Positions 23,291 to 35,205 of a stretch of 64,000 nucleotides of DNA are shown here, piece after piece. The position numbers and the translations under genes are program-made. The DNA comes from Fimicolochytrium jonesii (taxonomy: Eukaryota), in the NCBI RefSeq assembly GCF_025526975.1, contig NW_026515670.1, positions 434,001 to 498,000 on the forward strand, in the 5' to 3' direction. The stretch's first letter is position 1. Each line of letters starts with the position of its first letter. The notes below the pieces were generated by a model, which did not search any database, had not been told where the DNA came from, and saw nothing but the letters and a program-made list of their open reading frames with translations.

Positions 23291-23752
23291 CTACCGGTTA
23301 CGGGAGAATGCGTCTGGTCTGCGGCCATTGCCAAACACCACCGAACGCACAATCGAGAGGAAATTCTTGGTACTTAGGACGTCCCGATTGTGCACTTTCA
23401 TCCGTAGTGGTTGTCTTCCAGGAATCTCAAATGGCGTCCAGTCTTGGTTGATACATTCGGGGTTGGGGCAACCCACCAATCCATGGATCAACCCACCAAT
23501 CCATGGACGAATTCCATTCTTCCCTTTCTAGCTTGCCATGGCCGAGAAGACAGCCGTCGTCGGATGTTTTTCTTCACACGACCGTGGCAGTTGGGGCACA
23601 CGGACGACGTTCGATACTCATCTAGCAAGTAACATGGAATGCTGTTTCTTGCAAAGAGTGTGCGGAATCTAATTGCCATGATGAGTTAGCATATTATAGT
23701 ACATAAAAAACAATGATGGTCACTCACCCCTTGGTCTTTGATGACTCCTGAA

Positions 23753-24290
23753 TGTTATGATCTCGACGACGGAGGCGGAAGCGAAGTAGAGAAGACAGGG
23801 CGAGAGTGATAGGCGACAAGAGATTGTATTGGCGAAACAAGAAACAAGGACTAGAACAGGAGATGAGAAGAACTGGTGTTGATCTGCTGGGGAGGAAGGG
23901 GATGGACGAAGAGAGGCCGGCTATTTATAGATAGGCAACCCAGCAGATCAGAGAACAACAACAACAAGAGGGGACTGGGGGGCGCCAGCTATGCTCCTAG
24001 AGCGTGCGTGGCGAGCGTAGAGAGCATTGCTACAGCTGCTGGCTATGGGGAAGCAGTGGGGGGTGTGGAGAAGCCGAGGGGGGATTGGCGAAATGAGAGG
24101 AGAGTGGAGGAGTGGCAATATTGCAAGAGGATTGGCGAAATGAGAGGAGAGAGGGGGAGTGGCATTGACATTGACATTGACACTGACATTGACACTGACA
24201 TTGACATTGACATTGGCGTTTGACATTTGGCGGTTGACATTGGCGGCTGTCAGTAGGTAAGCTTATGGTATGGGCGCGTCGTCCATAACA
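23753..24290 (-). repeat. 3' LTR of gypsy element B
   Basis: Minus strand TGTTATGG...TCATAACA follows the PPT AAAGAGAGGGGTGA. Contains a GACATT microsatellite and is related to the solo LTR at 5831-6359. Confidence 0.92.
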
Positions 24291-27200
24291 TCACCCCTCT
24301 CTTTAGCGGCGGCGGCGGCGGCGTCGAGTTTGGTGTGGCCGCAGAGGAGGTGCTATGGGGACAGAGGAAGGCTTGTTGGGGTACGCGTTGTGGAAGTCCT
24401 GGAGAAGTGCGTCGGTATGGGTGAGGTGTTCCACGGGCTCCCAGGTGTTCTCAGAGTCAGGCCAGCCCTGCCATTTGACCAAGTACTGAAGGCGACGACG
24501 ATGGATGCGAGAGTCAAGGATGGCTTTGACAACCCACTCTTCTTGACCCTCAACGGTCTCTGGGGGCGCGGGTTCGGGTTCGTGTCGTTCGGGGATGGTG
24601 AGGCGGGGTTCGAGGAGCGAGACATGGAAGACATCGTGGATTTTGTACGTAGGCGGGAGCTTGAGCCGGTAGGCGACGGGATTGATTTTTTCAACGATGG
24701 GGAATGGACCAATCTTGCGATGGTCGAGTTTCTGAGAGGGCCGGGTTGTCTGGAGGTTTTTGCGCAGGAGCCAGACGTGGTCGCCAGGCCTGAAGTCCGG
24801 TCCAGGAATTCGTTTGGCGTCGGCGTAGCGCTTCATTTGATCTTGGGCTTCCTTGAGCTCGAGGGCGAGCTGTTCATGGACTTCCCTGATTTGTTTAGCG
24901 CGGGCTTCAGCGGCGGGGTTGACGGATTCGGAGGTAGCAGAGGCCGCGAAACTGAAGCGGGGGTGGAGACCCTTGTTGGCGTAGAAGGGGGTGGTCTGGG
25001 AGGCAGACTGATGGGTGTTGTTGTAGGCGAACTCGGCGGACGTCAGAAGCTGTTTCCAGTTGTCCTGTTGGTGGTTGCAAAAGCATCAGAGATACTGCTC
25101 CAGGATCTGGTTGGTGCGTTCCGTCTGGCCATCGCTCTGGGGGTGGAAGGCCGAGGAGAGGTTGGCTTTTGCCCCAAGGAGTTCGAGAAGTCGACGCCAG
25201 AACCGGGACTTAAACTGAGGTCCTCGGTCAGAGATGACGTCGTCGGGGAGGCCGTGGAGACGGATGATGTTGTGGAAGACTAGGTCGGCGGTGGATTCGG
25301 CGGATTCTGACTCGCTGCAGGCGATGAAGTGGGCCATCTTGGTGAGGCGACAGTTGACGTTCAGGATGGAGTCGTACCCGTCCACGGGAGGCAGACCGGA
25401 GATAAAGTCCAGGGACCAAGATCCCCAAGGGCAGGTAGGGATACTGTTGGGCTGGAGTAGGCCGTATGGTTTGTGTCGACTGGATTTCGCTTGGCTACAG
25501 GTATCGCAGGACTTGACGTAGGCCTTGACGAAGCGCCACTGGCCGGGCCACCAGTAGTTGCGGGAGGCGAGTTCGAGCGTCTTGGACATCCCAAAGTGGC
25601 CGGCTAGGGGAGTATCGTGCATGTCGTGGCAGACTTCAGCTCGGAGCTCGTTGGTGGGGACATAGACCAGGTTATCGTGCAGCAGGATCCCATCTTCATC
25701 TGAGAACCGCTTGATACGATCTTGGGTTTCCTCAGTTCGTTGGGCGAGGGGTATCTTGAGCTTTTCGCGAATGGTCTTAGCGAGGGGATCAGAGGCCTGG
25801 GCGGCCTTAATCTTGTCAAGCAGCGTGGTATCCATGGGTGTGAGGTAGGCAGCCGGCGAGTCGAAGGCGTTCGGGAGTCAAAATTGTGGTTGCCTGGGAG
25901 CGGAACGCTTCTTCCCCCTCTTTTAGCTCATGTTCGGAGCGTCGGGAGAGGGCATCGGCTTGGTGCTGCTGGGAACCGGGGCGATAGGTAATGACAAAGT
26001 CAAAATCCGAGAAGAATATCGACCAGCGGGCTTGGCGGCGGTTCAGGGTGCGGGTGGTCATGAAGTACTGAAGGTTTTTGTGGTCGGAGTAAACGGTGAT
26101 CTTGTGACGGGCGCCAATGAGATGGTGGCGCCACTGGGCAAAGGAGTCTTGGATGGCCAGAAGTTCCTTGTCGTAGATCTCGTAGTTGATCTCTTCGGCC
26201 GTGAATTTGCGAGAGTGGAAGGCCACGGGGTGGAGCTGATTGTCCTGGTCAGGTTGGAGGAGAACTGCGCCAAGAGCGAAGTCGGAGGCGTCAGTTTCGA
26301 CGACGAAGGGCTTCTCTGGGTCAGGGTGAGCAAGGATGGGGGCGGTGGTGAATGCTTTCTTCAGGTTCTCGAAGGCGGTGTTTGCGGCGGGTGTCCAGGC
26401 GTACGGGATGTCTTTCCGGGTCAGGGCTGTGAGCGGGGTAGCGATCTTGGAATAACCTTGGATGAATCGGCGATAGAAGTTGGCAAAGCCGAGGAACCGC
26501 TGGACGCCTTTGACATTCTTGGGAGGTTCCCAATCCGTGATGGCAGCGATCTTCTTGGGGTCCATCTGGATGCCTTTCTTGGAGATGATGAAGCCTAGGA
26601 ACTCAACGGATTCGCGGTTGAATTCGCACTTCTCTGGTTTGGCGTACAACCCATGCTGTCGGAGGCGGGACAAGACTTCGCGGACATGTTTGGGGTGATC
26701 TTCGGGGTTCTTGGAGAATATCAGGATATCGTCGAGGTAGACGACAACAAACACATCGAGAATGTCGCGGAAGATGTCGTTCATCAGGTACTGGAAGACG
26801 CCAGGAGCATTGCTGAGTCCAAAGGGCATGACATTGTATTCGAATAGGCCGTAGCGGCAGCGGAAGGCGGTCTTCCATTCATCGCCCGGGCGCATGCGTA
26901 AGAGGTTATAAGCGCCGCGGAGGTCGATCTTGGTGAGACGGCGGGCGCCGCGCAAACAATCCATGATACCGTTGATCAGGGGCAGGGGGTAGCGATTCTT
27001 CACCGTGATGCTGTTCAGGCCTCGATAATCGACGCAGAGGCGGAGAGAACCGTCCTTTTTCTTCACGAATAAGACTGGCGCACCGGCAGGGGACTTTGAG
27101 GGTTTGATGAATCCTTTGGCGAGGTTTTCTTCGAGGTATTCGCAGAGTGCCTTCATTTCTGGTTCGCTGAGGCTGTAGATCGGGCCGAAAGGTGGCTGCT

Positions 27201-28171
27201 TGCCTTCTTCCAGATCGATTGGACAGTCGTAGGGCCGGTGCTTGGGGAGAGTGTCAGCATTTCTCTTTTCGAAAACAGTCGGCGAAGTCTCGATACTCGG
27301 GGGGCAGGAAGTCTTTGATGTCTTTCTCGGGTGTCGGGGGTTACTGGGGCTAGGCGAGGCCGGGAGATCGGGTTTTCGCAGGGTTGGCGTAGGCGACAAA
27401 GACCTGGTCATGCCTTGCTGTGACCCGGAAGGCTGGGGCGGAGATGAACGAGACTTGGAGCGGCGTGGGAGCCGGTTCTGGGGTGCTGGAGCGAGATACC
27501 TTGAGTACTGGAATCGACCATGTTTCGTCGACGGGGACTTCATCCTGGGGGATGCGGATCAAGGGCTTGGGGGTTCTGGCGGGTGCTGGGCTCGGGGGTG
27601 CTGGAGAGTTGTCCCAATTCGTGAATTCATGGTACAGACAGTCGCAACGGAAACCGACCGAAAGGTTCTTGAAATCAAGGTTAATGTCGTGGAGGCGGAC
27701 CCAGGGGAGACCAAGGAGGATTGGAGCATGGGGTGATTTGGTGACATGGAAGACGAGTTCTTCGAAGTGGTCGTCGACCCACAGGCCTACTGGTTGGGTG
27801 TGATGGGTGATTGGCCCAGCAGAGCTGGGTTGACCGTCAACGAGTTCGATCATCAGTGGACGCTGATGCGGGACTAGGGCGATGCGGTGTTTGCGGGCAA
27901 AGTCTCTGTCAATGAAGCAGGACAGGGCACCGTTGTCGATCATGGCTGAGGTAGGTATCGGGGCGCGGCTGGATGATACCATGATGGTAACAGGGTAGTT
28001 GAAGGGTTCGACGGGACCCAGCGCAAGCATGGCGCGGGGGTTAATTTCGGAGTTTTCGACATGGGCAGCGGCTAGGAGGGTTGTGTCGGCTATAACGGAG
28101 TCGGGAACCAGGGGGGTGGCCTCTCCCGTTGCAGGAGCTGCGAGGTTAGGAGGCCCGGGGCGGTGTGTGTT

Positions 28172-28216
28172 GTCCAGTCGCTGGGGCTTTACTGCGGCTG
28201 GACTTTGGGAAAACCC
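28172..28216 (-). promoter_or_regulatory. -1 programmed ribosomal frameshift signal (gag-pol)
   Basis: G GGT TTT in correct phase (28216-28210), a 6-nt spacer, and stem GTCCAG-c-CGC...GCG-a-CTGGAC. The -1 frame is open into the protease ORF. Confidence 0.75.
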
Positions 28217-29164
28217 TGTTCGGTGGAGGGTTCTTTGATGTCGACGTTGGCGGCACGGGTGGTGGTCTTGTTCTTGACGGGGCAGACTTTTGCAATGTGC
28301 CCCGCGCCACCGCAGTAAAGGCAGAGGTTGTTGGAAATGCGGCGTTGGCGTTCCTGAGGGCTCAGAGGGCCGCAGGGACGAGCGGCGTCAATCTGCATAG
28401 GATCGCTGTGGTCGACAGTGGTGGTAGTAGTAAACGAGGTATGGGGAACCGGGAAGGTCTGGCGGCTTCTGTTTCGCTCCAGGCGGCGCTCAAACAGCCG
28501 GTTATCGCACTGGATAGCCTGCTCCATCACCACATCAATGGTGGCCGCAGGGGGCATCGTGAGCATCAGGTCTTTGACGTCTTCTTTAAGGCCACGGTGG
28601 AAGGTAGCAATCAGGGCCTGGTCGTTCCAGGAGACATCGCATTGTAGCTGGCGGAACTCAGCAACGTACTCGGTTGCCGCACGGGTTTGGCGAAGGTTCT
28701 GGAGCTTGTTTTCCGAGGTGCGGACCCTGTCGCTGTCTCCGAAGATCGATTGCATCTGACTGATAAAACTATCAAAGTCCTGAATCTGCGAGCAACGTGA
28801 ATCTCATCCCGGTAAAACTCATCCAGGGCTGGATCTGGGATATGGACGAATGTCAGCCCATGTATTACTAAATTTGAAAATCAAAGTTGAAGTAGAACAT
28901 CATACCCGCATGTTCGTAATCCACGATGAACGCGGAGAACGCCTCGATGTTCATGCTCCTGTGTGACGGAATCTGTGATTCCATCTCAGCAACGCCGGCA
29001 TTGATCTTCCGCTCTGTCATGTCTCTTCGAAAGTACCGAGACTTTGTCTCGACCGCCCGTTGATTGGATGTGTATCTGATATGGGGTGGTGCATTGTGAG
29101 GACGCTGCAACGGAATGTCGCCGCAATGGGGATGGTGGGGATAGGGGCGGTGGGAGCGGCAGCG

Positions 29165-29355
29165 GCAACGGGGGGCTGGGGGGTGGAGACGGAGACGGAG
29201 ACGGAGACGGAGATGGAGACGGGGATGGAGACGGGGATGGAGATGGAGACGGGGGGCTGGCGGGCGGAGACGGGGGGCTGGCGGGCGGAGACGGGGGGCT
29301 GGCGGGCAAGGACGGGGGGCTGGCGGGCGGAGACAGAGGGGGGGGGGGGGGGGGG
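29165..29355. repeat. GC-rich simple repeats inside a Fanzor intron
   Basis: GGAGAC/GGAGAT hexamers, about four 21-bp GGGGGGCTGGCGGGCGGAGAC units and a poly-G run, all inside the intron 29396-29076. Confidence 0.85.
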
Positions 29356-30780
29356 TAGCGGGGACAGCAGGGCAGTAGTAATCAACTGAAACTTACCGAA
29401 ATGGCCGCTCCTTCTTGTTGTCTTGACAGAATAGGAGGTCACGCTTGCCCGGATCAATGCAGACGATGTTTGGAGCCTCCCTTAAGTCGTCAATGTGGTG
29501 CTCAAAATACTGTGAGGCGCCTATGACAAGGCAGGTGCAGACCATGATTACACAAAAGAGGGCACCGCGGGGGGAGGGGGGGGGGGAATATACTAACTCA
29601 CCTAAATATGGCATTGCGTCCACCGCAAGGCTGTACGCAAGTGGTTCATCCTGGGGAGGAAACAGAGCCCATAACTTGTCGAGCACGGTCCGCTCAAGTC
29701 GTGTGAGGCGGGCAAACTCCTCTTCGGTTGGAAACTCTTCAAATGTTGCATACTTTGTAAACTGACGGACACGCTGATAATAGTGTCGCCGCTGCGCTCG
29801 GTTGACTCCAGCTCTACGGAGATGCAGTACGACTTGCTTCAAACCAAGCCTTTCATTGACATAGCGCAGAAGCATTTGAATGAAATGCTCTTGTACGTTG
29901 ACTTTGAGGTTTGTGAAGATGCTTGTAGCCGTGTACCCTGCGGTCTGTTGGCAATATTGCATGCGGATGGGGGCGAATCCATGAACATTACAGTAGTCTT
30001 GAACCCATGGACGCAACTCTTGCGCGATGACCGGATTGCCATTGTAGCCTGGATTGTTGAGCAGCTCAAACATCACACTGATGTGCTTGTCAGTGATGTC
30101 CGGGAAATCGTGTAGAGGATGATCAGCTGTGGTGGGCAGACGTACTAGTCAGGACATTGTTATGGGAAATATTATGGGAAATATACAGTGTACCTCAAAA
30201 ACTCACCAAGGTAGTACTTGAGAAAGAAGGTGGTGTGGCGCGCAAGGACGTGAACATTGCCGATGAACGTTGTCAGGCGCTCCCTTTGAACTTGATTCTG
30301 ATTATGGATTCGGTGAAGGGAAACCTTGGTGCTGGCATGCGTCTGCGGGCGGGGTCGTTGAACTGGTGGTGGTGGTGGCGGGGGCTCATACACCAGGGAT
30401 CCCCCCGGTGTGCTGGGAAAAAGGAAAGGGATGGGAGCGGGGAGGTTCAACGGACGCTGCAGACCCCTGTCCACCGGTGAAAGCCCTCGCTGCTGGTGCT
30501 GCTGCCCGTCTTCATCGCCGGAACTCTCGCTAACCATGTCTGCAATTGCTTGGGGCAAGTTTTTGACAGAAGGTGGGAATTCGAATCGCGGGGGCTGCAG
30601 TGGTGTCTGCACAGCGGTTGGCGGATTTATGGGCAGCCGCGGGGTAACCGGAGTAACTTTCCTCCTCTTCCGCCGTGGTGTGGTAGCTCCCGTAAAGAAG
30701 CCACCCCACAGGTGCCCCTGGACCGCCTGGTGTGATGACATGTTGGCTGTGCTGTGCCTTTTGCGTGCCTGCTAGAGATG

Positions 30781-31139
30781 AGGTGTATGCAGGTGATTGC
30801 CGTGATAGCTGTGTGTCAACGAACTCGCATCAGTGCTGTGGTAATGAAGCTGAGAACGGTGAGGAATTGCGGTTGTTACCTGGTGGCGGTTGAAGGTGAA
30901 ACCGGGGATGCTTACTGCTCACAATTGCGATTGGTATGTAATTGGGAGTGAGGATCCAGGTGAGGATACCACGTTTTTTACACGCGTGTAAAGGATGTGG
31001 GGTAGCTTCCTGGTGTGTGTACTGTACATGTGTGTGTGCAGACCTTCGGGAAGGTGTGCCGAGTAGCTTGCATTCTCTGCACTGCCAAAGGCGCTTCCTT
31101 CTCAAAAAAAAAAAGTCCGGCAATCACCTGCAACACCTG
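30781..31139. mobile_element. inverted-repeat-bounded segment (MITE-like, or left end of the Fanzor element)
   Basis: AGGTGTATGCAGGTGATTGCCG (30781-30802) is the inverse of CGGCAATCACCTGCAACACCT (31118-31138). The right side ends CACCTG-TA. Confidence 0.6.
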
Positions 31140-32200
31140 TACAACCAGCTCTCTATCTGCAGAGAAGAAAAGGGGGAGGGGTACGGTAACTATAAAAAGG
31201 AAGCTGTGGTTGAAACTGGTTGTTTACAACACTCCCTCTCAGACTACAGATCGAATTCAGTCGCAGTCGTCGTTGCAGTAGCTCTGCATTCTGATCTCAT
31301 GGAACGTTCCGCTCTTCAAGTCACGATCGCTCGAGTCCAGCTCGGAGTAGGAGCCGGGCTCGCGATTCGCTCTTCAAGTCACGATCGCTCGAGTCCAGCT
31401 CGGAGTAGGAGCCGGGCTCGCGATTCGCTCTTCAAGTCACGATCGCTCGTGTCCAGCTCGGAGTAGGAGCCGGGCTCGCGATTGGTTACGCCATCAACTT
31501 TATGCTGTCAACTTCCCCTATGGCAGCGGCGTACGGTGTATCGGCGCCTAGGACAGCCTCATCATCGTCTTTTGGTCGATATATGTCTTTCTCGCATGTT
31601 GTACTTCGTTGAGGTAAGGGTGTTTTGCGTGGATGAGCGTTTTCCATACCGAATCGTTTAACGATATTGTTCTTTAAGGTTCGTATGGATTGCATTGCGT
31701 ATGAGGAGGTTGGCGGCCGCTAAGTTCTTGCGGGTCTGATTCTTTTCGTCATATAGGTGATTTATCGCCTCAATTTGTTGAGTGATTTCTAGGGCGGCCG
31801 CGGCGGCTTCTCCGGCGTTAGCTACGTTGGATGCTCTGATGAGTTTGATCTCATCGTCTTTGAAGGCGAGAGGCATGGTAGTTTGAAGTTCATTCCATTC
31901 CATGAATGCTTTGATCTCGTCTTTCCAGATCTGGTAGTTCTCGCCGTTGGCAGAAAGGACCTCTACATGGTTCAATTTGGAGGCGGCAACAGTGGGGTTA
32001 CTGGTGGATGTCATGGTTAGGTTTTAGGGTAAGCGTCTTGTTGTTTTAGGATGTATAGATTTTTGCTAGCGGGATTTTTGTGTAGTGGCGTAGGCGGTCT
32101 GGCTCTAGCTCGTAGGTGGAATGGGTATTTGCGTAGGTGGTCTTTCTCTAGAGTGGGGTGGTCGTCTATGGTGCTGATAACGTGTTGTGGAACTCGTTAC
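31140..32200 (-). mobile_element. internally deleted Ty1/copia element resembling the Bianca lineage
   Basis: Minus strand: LTR end ...CAACA plus PBS CGTTATCAGCAC (32182-32171); gag LSANGENYQIWK (32014-31670) fused to RT fragment KRFGMENAHPRKTP...KDIYRPKDDDEAVLGADTPYAAAIG; PPT GAGAGGGAG, then an LTR start TGTTGTAAAC at 31231. Confidence 0.8.
31310..31483 (+). repeat. tandem repeat, 3 x 58 bp
   Basis: CGCTCTTCAAGTCACGATCGCTCGAGTCCAGCTCGGAGTAGGAGCCGGGCTCGCGATT starts at 31310, 31368 and 31426, with one mismatch. Confidence 0.95.
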
Positions 32201-32672
32201 TTTATTCCCCTTCACGACGGTGAAGACGGCGAAGAATTGGGGTTGTTACCTGGCCGTTGGATCATGTCCAGACTCTCCGAGCGAGAGTGCGACATGGCCT
32301 CCTTCCCAAACCTTTGTCAACGGGATCGTCCTGGCTGACCTTGCTCGACAAGTTCCGGCATTGAGGTTTAAACATTACGTGACCAACATCTCCTGTACAT
32401 GTAGCAAGCCGAACACCCGAAATCTTCGCATGTGTGCGTGCTGCATCCGTCAGTCAAAGCCGGATCAATCCATTCGCCCAAAGAAGGACCTTTTATTGAT
32501 AAGGAAATTCACATATACCGTGGCTTTCAGCGGGAATGGGCATAGAGGAGGGAAAATTGACGAGATATACTACCAAACGTCATTGGCAAACATGAGGAGA
32601 GACTACGGGGCACAATGAAGTGAAGATTATGAGGAGTGAAATCAAATTGAAGAAATTGGAACGTGGAACTCG

Positions 32673-33200
32673 TCAGGCCAAGACTGGCAAATAGTCTGTG
32701 CGGACGTAAGCTGGCGGGCCCTCGATATCCAGTCGAAGGAGTATCTGATGTTCTGCGGTAACGGATCCGGAGGTCTCGGCAGGTCTTTCGACCACGCCGG
32801 TCAAAGCCACCGCCTTCGACCCAGCCTGTAAGGTTCCTCGTGTGATTTGTGTGATCTCGATTTCGAACGTTATGTCGCGAGCGAACTTGGGATTGATCAA
32901 CGGCTTTCCGCGCTCAGTGGGAGTCCAGATGATTTCCCGGGCGAGCACCATGGGAGCCTGCGGCGCTTTGAGATCGCCTGAAGCGGTGGTAGAAACGGCG
33001 ATGTAAAGGACACTTGCAGCAAGGAATGTGCGGAGATCGAGATGCAAGTGCCCTCGGACAATGGTGCTAGAGTCCGATACTGTGAAGCTGACGTCCGAAA
33101 AGGCGAAGTCTTTGACTATCCGATCATGGTGCACTGCTTTCAATCGTCCGAAGAGGCAGCCGAGTGACTTAACACTGTTTATGGCTATAGCGGCCTCCAT
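32673..33200 (-). CDS. hypothetical protein, 175 aa, beta-strand-rich
   Basis: Single ATG-started ORF with globular composition; no family recognised. Confidence 0.45.
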   Translation of the reverse strand: MEAAIAINSVKSLGCLFGRLKAVHHDRIVKDFAFSDVSFTVSDSSTIVRGHLHLDLRTFLAASVLYIAVSTTASGDLKAPQAPMVLAREIIWTPTERGKPLINPKFARDITFEIEITQITRGTLQAGSKAVALTGVVERPAETSGSVTAEHQILLRLDIEGPPAYVRTDYLPVLA

Positions 33201-34126
33201 GAGTGTGGTTCTTCAATTGGGAGTGTATGAGGTTTTTCGGATGATTTCTGACACTCTTTCAAACTGGAAGGGTGGGGTGGCCGGAGTTGCTGCTGGTGGT
33301 TGTCCTTGTCCGGGAGACTTTTATTCTCTTCAAGCGCACATACAGTAGCAGTGTACACTGCACAGTGCACCGGCACAATACCCCCTCCCTATGTACAGTA
33401 GGTAACCTGTATGTAGCAGGATACGCAGACGGCAGCCAAGTCACCTGGCACCTCATATGTCGGTGCCAAGTCTTTCACAGGCTCTCCTGCACGTACAAAT
33501 TCAAGTACGGAGCACGCCATCCCGAACCCTCCCTTTGACCGCCAAGTCGACCGTTGAGGGTTCGGTGGTGTCAATTACTGTGATGTCGAATGGGCGGACT
33601 GCCATGCAAGTGATGACATCCCCGCCTTCCGTCAAAGAATGTAATAAGAACGATTGCATATGTCACGTGAAGTCACGCAGTTACTCTGTGGACAATCGCG
33701 TGTCGCTCTTGAGCAATCATCGCACAGCTGCGAATTGGGTTGATCCTTCAAAGCTTTCGACTCCGTCCATCGGTTAAAACATAGTCCAAGCTAGCCAACG
33801 TGAGTGTCGTCGCTCAATGACAGAGGGAGAGCGAGGGTTGGCGGGGACGGCAGATGGATGGATGGGTGGATGGAGACGGGCAGAATAGTGGTCGAATGAG
33901 GATGGATGGATGGTGACGGCGGTGGAGTTGGGACGAGACCCGGTACCGGTTGACATTCCGAATTCGAATGCTTGGACACGGATTTAGGGTAGACCAGCAC
34001 GCTACAGAGAAGCTTTGGGCGAGACGTTTGGGGAAGCGCAGTCTGGTTATGTCGTTAAGATGGGATTTCGCGACAGCGGCCAAACCCCTCAACTCACCGG
34101 GTTCCTCTCTGCCTCATAGGGTCAAC

Positions 34127-34530
34127 ATGAAGCTTCTTGCCGCTTATTTGCTTGCCACCCTCGGTGGCAACACCACCCCTTCCGCTGCTGATGTCAAGAA
34201 GATCCTCAGCGCTGTTGGTATTGAGGCTGAGGACGAGCGCCTGAGCAAGCTCATTTCCGAGCTCGAGGGCAAAGACGTCAACGAGGTTTGTACGACTTTC
34301 AGTCAAGTGCTCGTCTTTCGATGATAAAGTATCTGACTGGCTGCAACTCTTCGTAGCTCATCGCTGAAGGCTCCAAGAAGCTCTCTTCCCTCCCCGCTGG
34401 TGGATCTGGTGGTGCCGCACCCGCTGCTGCCGCTGGTGGTGCCGCTGCCGCTGCCGCCCCTAAGGAGGAGGCCAAGAAGGAGGAGAAGGAGGAATCCGAC
34501 GACGACATGGGCTTCGGTCTCTTCGACTAA
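34127..34530 (+). CDS. RPP2: 60S acidic ribosomal protein P2
   Basis: [15 protein letters not shown]...[13 protein letters not shown]; exons 34127-34285 and 34357-34530. Confidence 0.97.
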
Positions 34531-35032
34531 GCTTTTTAGTTTTCGATTCACTCAATACATCAATGCGAAAGCAGCTTCATGTACAGCAATTTGTTCAGTG
34601 CAGATCTTTTGTGACAATTTGGGGGAGATTTGGCCGTGCGTGAAGGAATCTGGCAGTGCCGACGACGTGCCTCCGACGAAGTAATCTGCATTGTGGAAAA
34701 TCAATTGGGAGGAGAGGCTGGGAATGGGACGGGTTTTTGGAGACCGCGAATGAGCCATCATTCAAACGCACGATCGTTTTCAGTGACGTTTGGAAACCAA
34801 ACAAACGCTACTTACGTTCTGTCGTGCTAGAACAACGCTGGTCACCATATTCCATCTGTCCCGACTCATCCATGAGACTGGTGGAAGTTTTGGCCCTATA
34901 TATCCTATGAAAGCGGGATTCCCAGGTCTTTGTATGATGATTTGCAATGTCCAGTCGGCCAGGTCCGTCGTCTGGGATCTACTGTATATACTGTAGGACG
35001 GTTTCCGTGGCAGACTGGCATATTGCACCCAG

Positions 35033-35205
35033 TATCCTGAACGCATTCTTAGTTCACATAGAGCAGTATTTTGATACGCACGTCTTTTTCTTATTCACAT
35101 CCTGATTTATAACTTCATACGCAACTACCTAATCAAGTTCATACGGGTTCCCATCCAAGGTCATACGTCGCAAATCAGATCGTTCTAAGGAAGTGAATCT
35201 ACTCC
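35033..35205 (-). repeat. dispersed repeat, inverted partner of 12639-12851
   Basis: The reverse complement aligns to 12639-12851 and lacks two internal subrepeats. Confidence 0.8.

Larger units (their letters stand above)
23753..28784 (-). mobile_element. Ty3/gypsy chromovirus (element B, Tcn1/Tf2-like), 5' LTR and gag N-terminus deleted
   Basis: gag (LRQT, PMQID, CLYCGGAGHIAKVC), protease IDNGA, RT YLDDILI, RNase H ETDASD, integrase SDRGPQF and HPQSDGQTER, GPF, chromodomain YLVKWQGW...NTWEP; PPT at 24291-24304. Confidence 0.95.
23291..30741 (-). pseudogene. Fanzor (eukaryotic TnpB-like RNA-guided RuvC nuclease), intron-containing, disrupted
   Basis: RuvC-I IVCIDPGKRDL, FRYTSNQRAVETK, QESSKTKGFRTLF, RuvC-II LDEYRTSSVCPNC, VHGLVGCPNPEC, RuvC-III NRDV and terminal RPDAFSR. 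Exons 30741-30207, 30144-29602, 29520-29397, 29075-28906, 28834-~28780 plus 23752-23728, and 23668-23291. Interrupted by gypsy B and a 20-bp duplication (23469-23507). Confidence 0.88.

Noticed and set aside
24270..27803. Long plus-strand ORFs opposite gypsy B pol
   Set aside because: They are antisense shadows of GC3-rich coding sequence and show no motifs.
23748..28784. CTGAA on both sides of gypsy B as a TSD
   Set aside because: The 5' LTR and gag start are missing, and joining at CTGAA gives a frameshift and lacks a Fanzor segment. A microhomology-mediated deletion (TTCAGG) explains the junction better.
28986..29457. Pro/Ser- or Gly/Asp-rich ORFs
   Set aside because: They are translations of simple repeats inside a Fanzor intron.
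32186..32673. 11-bp direct repeat GTGGAACTCGT flanking about 470 bp
   Set aside because: Too short, with no TIR or coding signal between the copies; may be chance.
33800..34119. snoRNA in a possible RPP2 5' UTR intron
   Set aside because: No convincing C/D or H/ACA box arrangement was found by eye.
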